Positions 10,212 through 18,985 of a DNA stretch of 64,000 nt are shown here, piece by piece. The notes under the pieces were generated by a model, which did not search any database, had not been told where the DNA came from, and saw only the letters and a program-made list of their open reading frames with translations. Numbering within the stretch: the stretch's first letter is position 1; each line of letters opens with the position of its first letter. Source of the stretch: Gemmatimonadales bacterium (GTDB taxonomy: Bacteria; Gemmatimonadota; Gemmatimonadetes; Gemmatimonadales; GWC2-71-9); assembly GCA_039794085.1 (NCBI GenBank), contig JBDIWC010000005.1, positions 60,793 through 124,792 on the forward strand, given 5' to 3'. Made by a program: the position numbers and the translations under genes.

Positions 10212-10664
10212 ATGGCCACTCCTTCCCAACTCTGCACCTTCCAAGTGGACACCCTTTTCCTGGGCCTCAGTGTGGTCCAGGTGCAGGAAGTGCTACGGGA
10301 GCAGGAAACCACCCCTGTCCCGCTCGCCGCGGACTCCGTCTCCGGACTCATGAATCTCCGGGGACAGATCGTGACCGCCATCGATCTCCGGACCATTCTC
10401 GGATTGCCGCCCCGCCCCGAGGGGAACCGTGCCATGAACGTGGTCATTCGAACCGCCGATGGCGCCGTGTCCCTGATGGTGGACGACATCGGGGACGTGA
10501 TCGAAGCCGACGAGGACACCTTCGAGCCCCCACCGGACACCCTGATCGGCGTGGCCCGAAACCTCGTGCTGGGGGTGCACAAGCTCCCGGACGCTCTCCT
10601 CCATGTCCTCGACGTGGACCGCGTGCTCACCCTGGAATCGGTGCCGGCGGCCTGTGCCCCATAA
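10212..10664 (+). CDS. cheW: CheW
   Basis: VQEVL...TPVPLA...GLMNLRGQIVTAIDLR. Confidence 0.95.
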   Translation: MATPSQLCTFQVDTLFLGLSVVQVQEVLREQETTPVPLAADSVSGLMNLRGQIVTAIDLRTILGLPPRPEGNRAMNVVIRTADGAVSLMVDDIGDVIEADEDTFEPPPDTLIGVARNLVLGVHKLPDALLHVLDVDRVLTLESVPAACAP

Positions 10665-11886
10665 CACCTCCTTCAGACCTCCTCCCGCGGGAACCACGCC
10701 GGAGGAGGACCGGGGGGGACACCCTCCGATCCGCATCCTCATCGTGGATGACTCCGCCGTGATCCGACGCCTGGTCAGCGGGGTGATCGAGACCGATCCG
10801 AGGCTCGAGGTGGTGTCCACCGCCCCCAACGGTGTCATCGCCCTCCAGAAGGTGGCACAGTTCCAGCCGGATCTGGTGATCCTCGACGTCGAGATGCCCG
10901 AACTCGATGGTCTCGGAGCCCTGGTGGAGATCCGGAAGCACTGGCCCACTCTTCCCGTCATCATGTTCAGCACCTTGACGGAACGCGGGGCCGCCACCAC
11001 CATCGACGCCCTCACCCGCGGCGCCACCGATTACGTCACCAAGCCCACGAGCCTCGGGAGCGCCGACCTGGCTCGCGAACGCGTGCGCGAACAATTGGTC
11101 CCCAAGATCCTCGCCTTCTGCCGGCACCCCGGCCGGAGAACCCCGGTCGTCCCCCGAAGGCCCGGACTCTCCATCCCGGCAGCCCTCACCGCGAAGGCAC
11201 CCCCTCCCGTTCGCCTTCCGGCCGCGCGGCTGGCACGGTCCCCTCGCCCGGTGAACGCGCTCGTGATCGGAGTGTCCACCGGTGGCCCCAACGCCCTGGC
11301 CACCCTGCTGCCGCAAATCGACGCCCGCTTCCCCGTTCCCATCCTCGTGGTCCAGCACATGCCGCCCATGTTCACCCGGCTCATGGCGGAGCGCCTCGAT
11401 GCGATCTGCTCCCTGCACGTGGCCGAGGCGACGGAGGGGTGTGTGGTCGAGCCGGGGAACATCTGGATTGCGCCCGGAGACTTCCATATGGTGCCCCGGC
11501 GGGAGGGAAAGAGGGTCCTCCTCACTCTCGCCTCGACACCCCAGGAAAACTCCTGTCGCCCCTCGGTGGATCCGCTCTTTGCCGCGGCCGCGTCAATCTA
11601 TGGAGCCGGGGTCCTGGGACTCATTCTGACCGGGATGGGTCAGGACGGACTGCGGGGCGCAGGAGAGATTCGGAAGGCCGGGGGACGGATCATCGTTCAG
11701 GATGAACCCTCCTCCGTTGTCTGGGGAATGCCCGGAGCGGTTGTCCGCGCCGGCCTCGCCGATGCCGTGGTACCCCTCGACACCATCGCGGCGCAACTTG
11801 CCCTGGCGGTCGCCGCCACTCCTCTCTCCTCCGAGGGCCCGTCCATGGCCACCACCGGAACGGCCAAGCCACTCCATGCCCATTAA
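10654..11886 (+). CDS. cheB: Chemotaxis methylesterase CheB (REC + esterase); start approximate
   Basis: REC domain, GVSTGGPNAL, VQHMP, RPSVD, LTGMGQDG. Confidence 0.95.
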   Translation: MPHNTSFRPPPAGTTPEEDRGGHPPIRILIVDDSAVIRRLVSGVIETDPRLEVVSTAPNGVIALQKVAQFQPDLVILDVEMPELDGLGALVEIRKHWPTLPVIMFSTLTERGAATTIDALTRGATDYVTKPTSLGSADLARERVREQLVPKILAFCRHPGRRTPVVPRRPGLSIPAALTAKAPPPVRLPAARLARSPRPVNALVIGVSTGGPNALATLLPQIDARFPVPILVVQHMPPMFTRLMAERLDAICSLHVAEATEGCVVEPGNIWIAPGDFHMVPRREGKRVLLTLASTPQENSCRPSVDPLFAAAASIYGAGVLGLILTGMGQDGLRGAGEIRKAGGRIIVQDEPSSVVWGMPGAVVRAGLADAVVPLDTIAAQLALAVAATPLSSEGPSMATTGTAKPLHAH

Positions 11887-12727
11887 TCACGAGACCTTTG
11901 TGTGGGTTCGCGAAATGGTGCGCCGCCGCGCCGCCATCGTGCTGGAGGACGGAAAGGAGTACCTCGTGGAATCGCGACTCGGGCCCCTGGCCCGGGCCCG
12001 CGGCTGCCCCTCCGTCGATGCCTTGATCGCCACGATGCGGGGCCCCCAGGATCTTGCGCTCGAACGCGACATCATCGAAGCCATGACCACCAACGAAACC
12101 AGCTGGTTTCGGGACGTTCACCCCTTTGAAGCTCTGAAGACCTGTGTTCTCCCCGAGGTCATCGCCCGGCGCCAGGCGGAGCGCCGGATTCGGATCTGGT
12201 GTGCCGCCTGCTCAAGTGGCCAGGAACCGTACACGATCGCCATGACGATCCGGGAGCATTTCCCGTCGCTTCGAGACTGGGATATCAGTATTCTCGGAAC
12301 CGATATTTCTCGCGAGATGGTGGAGCGCAGCGCCCGGGGACAATACGGTCAGATCGAAATGAACCGCGGCCTTCCCGCCTCCCTCCTTATCAAGTACTTC
12401 GAGAAGACCGGGATGCACTGGCAGGTCAAGCCCGTGCTGTCCAGCATGTGCGAGTTTCGCGAACTCAACCTCATCGAGCGATGGGGAACCATGCCGGAAA
12501 TGGACATCATCTTTCTTCGTAACGTGTTGATTTACTTCGACGTCAGCACGAAGAAACAGATCATCTCCGGCATGGCGCGCATCTTGCCTCCGTGGGGGTA
12601 CCTCTTCCTCGGCGGCGCGGAGACCACCCTCAACCTCGATGTGGGGTTTGAACGGGTCCAACTCGATCGCGCCGGGTGCTACCGGCCGACAGCCGCGGGA
12701 GGGCGACTTGCAATTTCTGGAAGATGA
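11876..12727 (+). CDS. cheR: Chemotaxis methyltransferase CheR
   Basis: TTNETSWFRD, IWCAACSSGQEPY, GTDIS, FLRNVLIYF. Confidence 0.95.
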   Translation: MPINHETFVWVREMVRRRAAIVLEDGKEYLVESRLGPLARARGCPSVDALIATMRGPQDLALERDIIEAMTTNETSWFRDVHPFEALKTCVLPEVIARRQAERRIRIWCAACSSGQEPYTIAMTIREHFPSLRDWDISILGTDISREMVERSARGQYGQIEMNRGLPASLLIKYFEKTGMHWQVKPVLSSMCEFRELNLIERWGTMPEMDIIFLRNVLIYFDVSTKKQIISGMARILPPWGYLFLGGAETTLNLDVGFERVQLDRAGCYRPTAAGGRLAISGR

Positions 12728-13169
12728 ACTGAGGCAGGTGACGGAGATGGTGTGGGAATCCGTCCTCGGAGTGACCCTCCTCCGTCAGGAAGGGATTCCC
12801 GATCCCCCGGCACGACTTCTCGCCGGCTGTGTGCACGTGACCGGTGCGTGGGAAGGAGCGGTCCTCATCGAATGCTCGGCGCGGACCGCATCCCACGCGG
12901 CTGGCGTGATGTTCGGCGCACCCTCCGACACCCTGGCAGAGGCGGATGTCCAGGATGCCCTCGGGGAACTGGCCAACATGACTGGGGGGAACGTCAAGGC
13001 GCTCCTCCCGGGTCCCTCGACCCTCTCCCTCCCCACGGTGGTTGCGGGGACGGAGTATACCACGCGGATTCCGGGAAGCACGCTGCTCTCCGCGGTGGCC
13101 TTCGACTGGGAGGGGGATCCGCTTGTGGTCCGTCTGATGCGAAGAACGCCGGGGGAGAATCATGCCTGA
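12708..13169 (+). CDS. cheX: CheX phosphatase
   Basis: DALGELANMTGGNVK and LSLPTVV; TTG start after GGGAGGG. Confidence 0.88.
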   Translation: MQFLEDELRQVTEMVWESVLGVTLLRQEGIPDPPARLLAGCVHVTGAWEGAVLIECSARTASHAAGVMFGAPSDTLAEADVQDALGELANMTGGNVKALLPGPSTLSLPTVVAGTEYTTRIPGSTLLSAVAFDWEGDPLVVRLMRRTPGENHA

Positions 13170-13539
13170 GGACCATCGGCGAGAAGTGAGCCGGGTGAAC
13201 AGCCGCATGCAAGCCGTGGTCACCCTGGGGGGAGGTGACCCGCAGGACGCCGAGTGCGAGAATCTCAGCCTCCTCGGGGCCCTGTTTCGCACGCCAGGGC
13301 GCCTTCCCCACGGGGCCGCGTGTACGGTGCGGCTGGTGCTCGATGGGGGCGAGAGCGATGTCACCCTGTCGGGAACAGTGGTTCGAGAGACGGCAGGTGG
13401 CGGGGCCATCCGCTTCGATTCCGTCGTCGGGGCGGAAGCGCTGGAACACCTGCATAACCTGGTACTCTACAACAGTCATGAGCCCGAGCGGGTTGCCTCG
13501 GAATTTCACGCCCACCTCGGCCTCCGGAGGGACTCATGA
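13162..13539 (+). CDS. PilZ-domain protein
   Basis: RxxxR (RREVSR) and NxSxxG (NLSLLG) c-di-GMP motifs, GTVVR. Confidence 0.85.
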   Translation: MPEDHRREVSRVNSRMQAVVTLGGGDPQDAECENLSLLGALFRTPGRLPHGAACTVRLVLDGGESDVTLSGTVVRETAGGGAIRFDSVVGAEALEHLHNLVLYNSHEPERVASEFHAHLGLRRDS

Positions 13540-13582
13540 TCGGGGACAATGCTGTGACGCTCGCAGGAACGTGGAGGAACAC

Positions 13583-13960
13583 ATGACGGGACACGCGATG
13601 ATTGTCGATGATTCCCGGGCTATCCGGGGGATCATCGGAAACACCCTCAAGGAACTCGGGTTCCAGGTCGCCTCTGCCGGGAACGGCCGGGAGGCACTGG
13701 AGCAGCTCCCCAGTCTCCCGGCACTCGATCTCTTCCTGGTCGATTGGAACATGCCGGAGATGAACGGCTACGAGTTTCTTCAGGCCGTTCGCAAGGAGGC
13801 ACAGTGGGACAAGGTCCCCGTGGTGATGGTCACCACGGAAACGGAGTTTGGCCAGATGGAACGAGCGCTGGCCGCCGGGGCCGACGAATACATCATGAAG
13901 CCCTTCACCCGGGATGTGCTCCGGGAGAAACTTCAACTTCTCGGGTTCGTCTGTGAATGA
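13583..13960 (+). CDS. cheY: Second CheY-like response regulator
   Basis: GGAGG RBS; IVDDS, DWNMPEMNG, MVTTE, KPFT. Confidence 0.9.
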   Translation: MTGHAMIVDDSRAIRGIIGNTLKELGFQVASAGNGREALEQLPSLPALDLFLVDWNMPEMNGYEFLQAVRKEAQWDKVPVVMVTTETEFGQMERALAAGADEYIMKPFTRDVLREKLQLLGFVCE

Positions 13961-16533
13961 CGGGATGGGGCCTGCTCACGAATCCAGAGCCGATGACGTC
14001 CCCTCCTGAGTATCCGGGCGCGGTGGGGAGAACGGGGTGTCCGGCCTCCCGCCGCTCCCAGTACCTGATTGCCGGGTTGGTCGCCGCGCTGACCATCTAC
14101 CTCCTTCTCGACCTGGTTGTCGGGGGGCCGGTCAGCCGAATCCCTCCGGTCCAAGGCGCGACGATCCATCTGATCAGCGAGTGGACCACGCTGCTCTTCG
14201 CCCTCGGGACCTTCGTCACCGTCGCGCTCCGTTTCTCGCGCGACGGGGAAGCACCCGCCATGGTCGTGGCCACGGGCCTCCTCCTCGCCGGCCTGGGCGA
14301 CGGTGTCCATGCGATCCAGTCCGCGGGATTTCTCCCCACCGCCAGGAATCCAGACCAGTGGTGCGCCCTCAGTTGGAATGCCAGTCGAACCATCAGCCTG
14401 GTCCTTCTGGCGTACGGTGGCCTGTGCATACAGGCGGGGAAGACCAGTCACCGGCGTTGGCGATGGGCGGTTCCGGCGGCAGTGACCTTGGGCCTGGTGG
14501 TCGCCGTCGTAAACTTCCTGACCTCGCGCTCTTTCGGGGCGACGGTGATCTTCCCGGACGCGACCGTGACGCGCCCGCTCGACGTGGTGCCCGCCCTCAT
14601 GGCCGCGGCTCTCCTGGTTGCCCTTCCGCGCCACCACGATTCCTGGTGGCGGCGGTCCTGTCTCGGAGTCGGCATCTACGTCAGCCTCGTCCCGTTCCTC
14701 ATCGGCCAAGTGCTCCTGGCGTTCGGGACCCGGGCGGAATTCGACGGTCCCTTTCTCGCGGCGCACCTTCTCAAGTTGGCGGTCTTCGGGTTGCCCTTCG
14801 TGGGAGCGATGCTCGACTTCGGTGAGTCCCTCCGGATGACCCAGCAGATCGAGGAACACCTGGTGGACACGGCCAACCGCCTCGATGAGTCGCAGCGGGA
14901 CCGGGAATCGATGCTGCGTCATCAGGAACGCCGCTTCCGGAGTGTGTTCGAAGACTCGATCGATCCGATCATTCTGGTCCGTCTCGATGACTTCCAGATT
15001 CTCGACGCTAATCCAAGGGCCTGCCGCCTCCTCGGGTATGATCGCGGGGAACTCCGCTCACTGACGGCCGAGGCGATCCACCCCCACGAGATGGAGAGGC
15101 TCCGGACCTTCGCCCTCGGAGCCGCCGAAGTCGGGGGCGCCCGCTCCGCCGATTTCTCCTGCCTCGACCGGTGCGGCGAGAGGATACCGGTGGAGGTGTC
15201 CGCTTCGTTCTTCCCTGCCCCCGGTGGCGGCATGGTGCTCGTGGCCACCGTGCGCGACCTGCGGGCCCGCCTGGCCGCAGAAGCCCACCGGCGACAGCTG
15301 GAGGCCAACCTGGCTCAGGCGGCCCGGGTGGAGGCGGTCGGCCGCCTGGCGGCAGGAGTAGCGCACGACTTCAACGGTTTGCTGACCGTGATCCTCGGGA
15401 TCAGTGACGATCTGCTGGCGCAGCAGGACCTTCCCCCTGATGTGCGCCAGGCGGTGCAGATGCTGGGCGAGGCCGGCGGGAAGGCATCCGCCCTGACCCA
15501 GCAGCTGCTCACATACAGCCGGAAGCAGGCTCTCACCCGCAAGCCGCTCGACCTCAATACCTCCGTGGCCGGGATCGAACACCTCCTCCGGAGAGCCCTC
15601 CCCTCCTCGGTGACTCTGCGGGTCAATCTCCTTGATTTCCCGGCCTGGGTCGACGCCGATCCCGGTGGCATCGACCAGGTCGTGATGAACCTGGGGCTCA
15701 ATGCCCGGGATGCCATGCCGAACGGCGGCGACTTGGTGGTGTCCGTGGTGCGTTACCCCGCAGCGGAGGGTGGGGGCGTGGATCAGGTCGGCATCCGGGT
15801 GGCTGATCGGGGCGAGGGGATTCCCGAGGAAATTCTCCCCCACATCTTCGAACCGTTCTTCACCTCCAAGTCGCTGGGGCGGGGAACCGGACTTGGCCTG
15901 GCGACGGTACAGGGGATCGCCCAGCAGCACGGAGGATCCGTAGCGGTCTCGCACAACCCCGGGGGGGGAACCGTCTTCGAGTTTCTGATTCCCGGGGGAA
16001 GGGGGAATCCGGCTCCCGCAGTAACGACACCTTCGGATCCGGTGGTGGGATCACTGGAAGGGGTCAATGTGCTCCTGGCCGACGACGACGAAATGGTGCG
16101 CGAATCGGTGGCCCGGACCCTCGCCAGGCAGGGAATGACCGTGGTCACGGCCGACAGCGCCGCCACCGCTCTTCGGCACCTGGAATCGCACGGACCGGAA
16201 CTGTTCGACCTCCTCGTCACCGATGTGGTGATGCCGGGCACGAGTGGAATCGATTTCGCCCGCACTGTGGCCGCCCGGTGGCCCTTCATCCGTACCCTGC
16301 TCATCTCCGGATACAGTCCCGAGGGACTCCACCGCGAGGACGACCGGTCCTTCACCTTCCTCGCCAAGCCGTTCACCACGGAACGCCTCCTTGAGGTGGT
16401 GATGCGCACCCTCCAGCCCGATCCCGCTCACCTCGCCGCGATCCCCGCGTCCGAATCGATCGTGCAGGTCATGTCTGACCAGGGAAGCAATCCCTCCTCT
16501 CGCACAGAACCGCGCCCATCGTCGGCAAGCTGA
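13957..16533 (+). CDS. Hybrid sensor histidine kinase (multi-TM MASE3-like, PAS, HisKA, HATPase, REC)
   Basis: About 7 TM helices, PAS (DANPRAC), AHDFNGLL, N/G boxes, C-terminal REC (TDVVMPG). Confidence 0.92.
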   Translation: MTGWGLLTNPEPMTSPPEYPGAVGRTGCPASRRSQYLIAGLVAALTIYLLLDLVVGGPVSRIPPVQGATIHLISEWTTLLFALGTFVTVALRFSRDGEAPAMVVATGLLLAGLGDGVHAIQSAGFLPTARNPDQWCALSWNASRTISLVLLAYGGLCIQAGKTSHRRWRWAVPAAVTLGLVVAVVNFLTSRSFGATVIFPDATVTRPLDVVPALMAAALLVALPRHHDSWWRRSCLGVGIYVSLVPFLIGQVLLAFGTRAEFDGPFLAAHLLKLAVFGLPFVGAMLDFGESLRMTQQIEEHLVDTANRLDESQRDRESMLRHQERRFRSVFEDSIDPIILVRLDDFQILDANPRACRLLGYDRGELRSLTAEAIHPHEMERLRTFALGAAEVGGARSADFSCLDRCGERIPVEVSASFFPAPGGGMVLVATVRDLRARLAAEAHRRQLEANLAQAARVEAVGRLAAGVAHDFNGLLTVILGISDDLLAQQDLPPDVRQAVQMLGEAGGKASALTQQLLTYSRKQALTRKPLDLNTSVAGIEHLLRRALPSSVTLRVNLLDFPAWVDADPGGIDQVVMNLGLNARDAMPNGGDLVVSVVRYPAAEGGGVDQVGIRVADRGEGIPEEILPHIFEPFFTSKSLGRGTGLGLATVQGIAQQHGGSVAVSHNPGGGTVFEFLIPGGRGNPAPAVTTPSDPVVGSLEGVNVLLADDDEMVRESVARTLARQGMTVVTADSAATALRHLESHGPELFDLLVTDVVMPGTSGIDFARTVAARWPFIRTLLISGYSPEGLHREDDRSFTFLAKPFTTERLLEVVMRTLQPDPAHLAAIPASESIVQVMSDQGSNPSSRTEPRPSSAS

Positions 16534-16545
16534 CACTGGATCGTT

Positions 16546-17691
16546 GTGCACCGCCTCGCAGCCCCCTACGTTGCCCGCATGCACGTCCGGATATCCAAGG
16601 CTCCCGCCTTTCGCTCACTCGATCCCGAAGGCGACAATGGTGGGGTGCCTCCAGATACAGTGGCAACCTTCTTTCACACCCCCGTCGATCACCTCTTCAC
16701 CCGGAGTCATGCTCCACCGCCGGTGGTCGATCCCGCAACCTGGCGTCTCGAGGTCACCGGCTTGGTGGGCCGTCCTGTCTCGCTGTCCCTGGAGGATCTT
16801 CGCACCCGGTTCCCGGCTCGGGAAGTGGTGGCGACCATGGTCTGTGCCGGGCTCCGCCGCCACGAACTCCTCTCGGTGGCCCCCCTGCCGGGCGAACTCC
16901 CCTGGGGACTCGAGCCCGTGGGAACCAGCGGCTGGCGCGGGGTGTCCCTCGCCGCCCTCCTCGATCACTGCGGAGTGGACCCCGCGGCGCGTCATGTGGA
17001 GGCGATCGGACTCGATGCGGTGCGCCGGGGGGATGAACCCCCGTTCGGATTCGGAGCCTCGATCGGGATCGAGAAGGCGCGGGACCCCGATGTCCTGGTG
17101 GCCTGGGAACTTGACGGCAAGCCGTTGCCCACGGCGCACGGCTTTCCCGTACGTCTCGTCGTGCCGGGGTGGATCGGGGCCCGGAGCGTGAAGTGGCTTG
17201 GCCGGGTCGTGCTGCGCGAGGACCCGTCTCCCAACTACTTCCACACCAGGGCGTATAGGCTGCAGCGCACGGTCAACCCCGACGATCCCCGCGATGTCAC
17301 CGCCGGTGAGGTGCTGGAGGAGGTGGCCCTCAACTCGGTGATCACCTCACCCGCCGAGGGTACCGGAGTGCGAGCCGGATCTGTTCCCGTAACCGGCTGG
17401 GCGATCGGGCCCGGGGCCGAGTCCCCCGCCCGGGTGGACCTCTCGGTCGATGGCGGGGTCACCTGGACTCCGGCCCCGATCGTGGAATCGGACGGGCGCT
17501 GGACTTGGCGCCTCTGGCACGCTACGGTCACTCTCCCGCCGGGCAGACACGAGCTGGTGGTCCGGGCCTGGGATCAGGCAGGCCGATGCCAGCCAGCGAG
17601 CGTGAGGGAGACGTGGAACGCCAAGGGGTACGCCAACAACGCCTGGCACCGGGTCACAGTTGACGTTCGAAGTGTGAAGTTCGAAGTGTGA
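16546..17691 (+). CDS. Sulfite oxidase family molybdopterin enzyme
   Basis: FTRSH, CAGLRR (Mo-ligating Cys), HGFPVRLVVPGWIGARSVKWL, dimerisation domain WNAKGYANN. Confidence 0.9.
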   Translation: MHRLAAPYVARMHVRISKAPAFRSLDPEGDNGGVPPDTVATFFHTPVDHLFTRSHAPPPVVDPATWRLEVTGLVGRPVSLSLEDLRTRFPAREVVATMVCAGLRRHELLSVAPLPGELPWGLEPVGTSGWRGVSLAALLDHCGVDPAARHVEAIGLDAVRRGDEPPFGFGASIGIEKARDPDVLVAWELDGKPLPTAHGFPVRLVVPGWIGARSVKWLGRVVLREDPSPNYFHTRAYRLQRTVNPDDPRDVTAGEVLEEVALNSVITSPAEGTGVRAGSVPVTGWAIGPGAESPARVDLSVDGGVTWTPAPIVESDGRWTWRLWHATVTLPPGRHELVVRAWDQAGRCQPASVRETWNAKGYANNAWHRVTVDVRSVKFEV

Positions 17692-17738
17692 AGGAGAAGG
17701 CGTCGGATGAGGATCGGGGTTCCGAGCGTTCCTTGGAG

Positions 17739-17765
17739 CGTCATTCCGGCGAACGCCGGAATCCA
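17739..17765 (+). repeat. CGTC-type REP-like palindrome
   Basis: CGTCATTCCGGCGAACGCCGGAATCCA hairpin between convergent genes. Confidence 0.7.
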
Positions 17766-17850
17766 CCCCCGGCTGGTACCGGGATCTCACACGAAGACAC
17801 GAAGGCACGAAGGGATATGGAGGCTCGAGCGTTCCTCGGAGCGTGCTCAC

Positions 17851-18227
17851 TCAGGGAGTTGAAGGCCCGTCGGTCAGCAGACCGAACCCCGCGGTCTGGA
17901 AGTCGTGGCCGAAGGCAAACGCCAGTTGGAGCTTGTCCCGCCGCATCACCGCGAAGGTCACAGCATCGGTAAGGGAGAAGCGCTGGTCGGCGAACCGGGC
18001 GAGCCATTCCTCCAGTGCCGTGTCGAGAAGTCCGGTGTCCACCGGGAGCCATGCGTATGCCGGATCCCGCCGGACCGCTGCAACAACCTCCCGGGCCACA
18101 ACGGGGCCGCGCCACCGGAGCAGGTGGCCGTGGAACTCGGCCAGGACCAGGACCGTACCGGTCCACCGGCCGCCCCGCTCAAGGAAGTGGCGTGCGATCG
18201 ACACCGCCACGACGCAGGAGATCCAGC
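17851..18227 (-). pseudogene. 5'-truncated PIN/VapC toxin remnant
   Basis: C-terminal PIN motifs (VLAEF, FSLTDAVTFAVM, AFAFGHDF) but no N-terminal D-T-S strand and no antitoxin. Confidence 0.65.
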
Positions 18228-18294
18228 GCGTCTTGGCGCCCTTGCGTCCTTGCGTTGATCTTGCCGTGGGATGGACCAAGGGAGACGCGGGGCG

Positions 18295-18684
18295 TCAGAT
18301 CAACTCGATCTGCGCCGTGTGCCCCGGGGCCGACGCGAGCTTCCGGTCGCGCGTCAGCAGGCACCCGCCCAGCGCCTCGGCGAGGGCCACATACGTGGCG
18401 TCGTATGCGGTGAGGTTGCTCCGCAGCGCCCAGATCCGCGGGAGCATCGGCGTGTGGACGTACCGGGTCAGGGGGAAGGCGTACAGCACCTGCAGCGCGC
18501 GGGAACCCCGTTCGGGGTCGAGAACCCCGGCTGCGGCGTGGCGCCGGAACACCTGGGTGACCTCGATGTCGAGCAGATGGGGGGCATGCAACGAATCACC
18601 GCACAGCACTCGCGCCATGATCCGCTCCGCATCGGGGACCTGCAGCAGCAGATCCACGACGACGGAGGCATCGAGTATGATCAC
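18295..18684 (-). CDS. vapC: VapC PIN-domain toxin
   Basis: IILDASVVV, APHLLDIEV, LTAYDATYVALAE, LLTRD. Confidence 0.92.
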   Translation of the reverse strand: MIILDASVVVDLLLQVPDAERIMARVLCGDSLHAPHLLDIEVTQVFRRHAAAGVLDPERGSRALQVLYAFPLTRYVHTPMLPRIWALRSNLTAYDATYVALAEALGGCLLTRDRKLASAPGHTAQIELI

Positions 18685-18911
18685 CGCGCGTCGCGCTCGG
18701 CCCGCACCGCCTCGGCTCCCGACTCCGGAGTGACCACCGGCCCCAGGGCGCGGAGTCGTTCCGCGAGTTCCGACGGTGTGAGTTGCTCCACCACCCGTTC
18801 AAGCTCGAGCCGCAGGAAATCCGACAACGACATCCCCGCCTCGGCCGCCCGGGCCTTGAGGCGGCGATGCAACTGTTCCGGCACGTGCCGAACCTGAATC
18901 ATTTTGGACAT
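18681..18911 (-). CDS. vapB: FitA-like ribbon-helix-helix antitoxin
   Basis: MIQVRHVPEQLHRRLKARAAEAGMSLSDFL; 4-bp overlap with vapC. Confidence 0.88.
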   Translation of the reverse strand: MSKMIQVRHVPEQLHRRLKARAAEAGMSLSDFLRLELERVVEQLTPSELAERLRALGPVVTPESGAEAVRAERDAR

Positions 18912-18946
18912 GTGTAAAACATGTAGCCATGTGCAACACATGTCAA
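18908..18946 (-). promoter_or_regulatory. vapBC promoter with ACATGT palindromic operator repeats
   Basis: TTGACA-N17-CATGTT-N6-ATG on the minus strand; ACATGT at 18908, 18919 and 18938. Confidence 0.6.
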
Positions 18947-18985
18947 CCGGGGTCGACGACTTTCAGGGGCGAAGGCATTTCGCCC

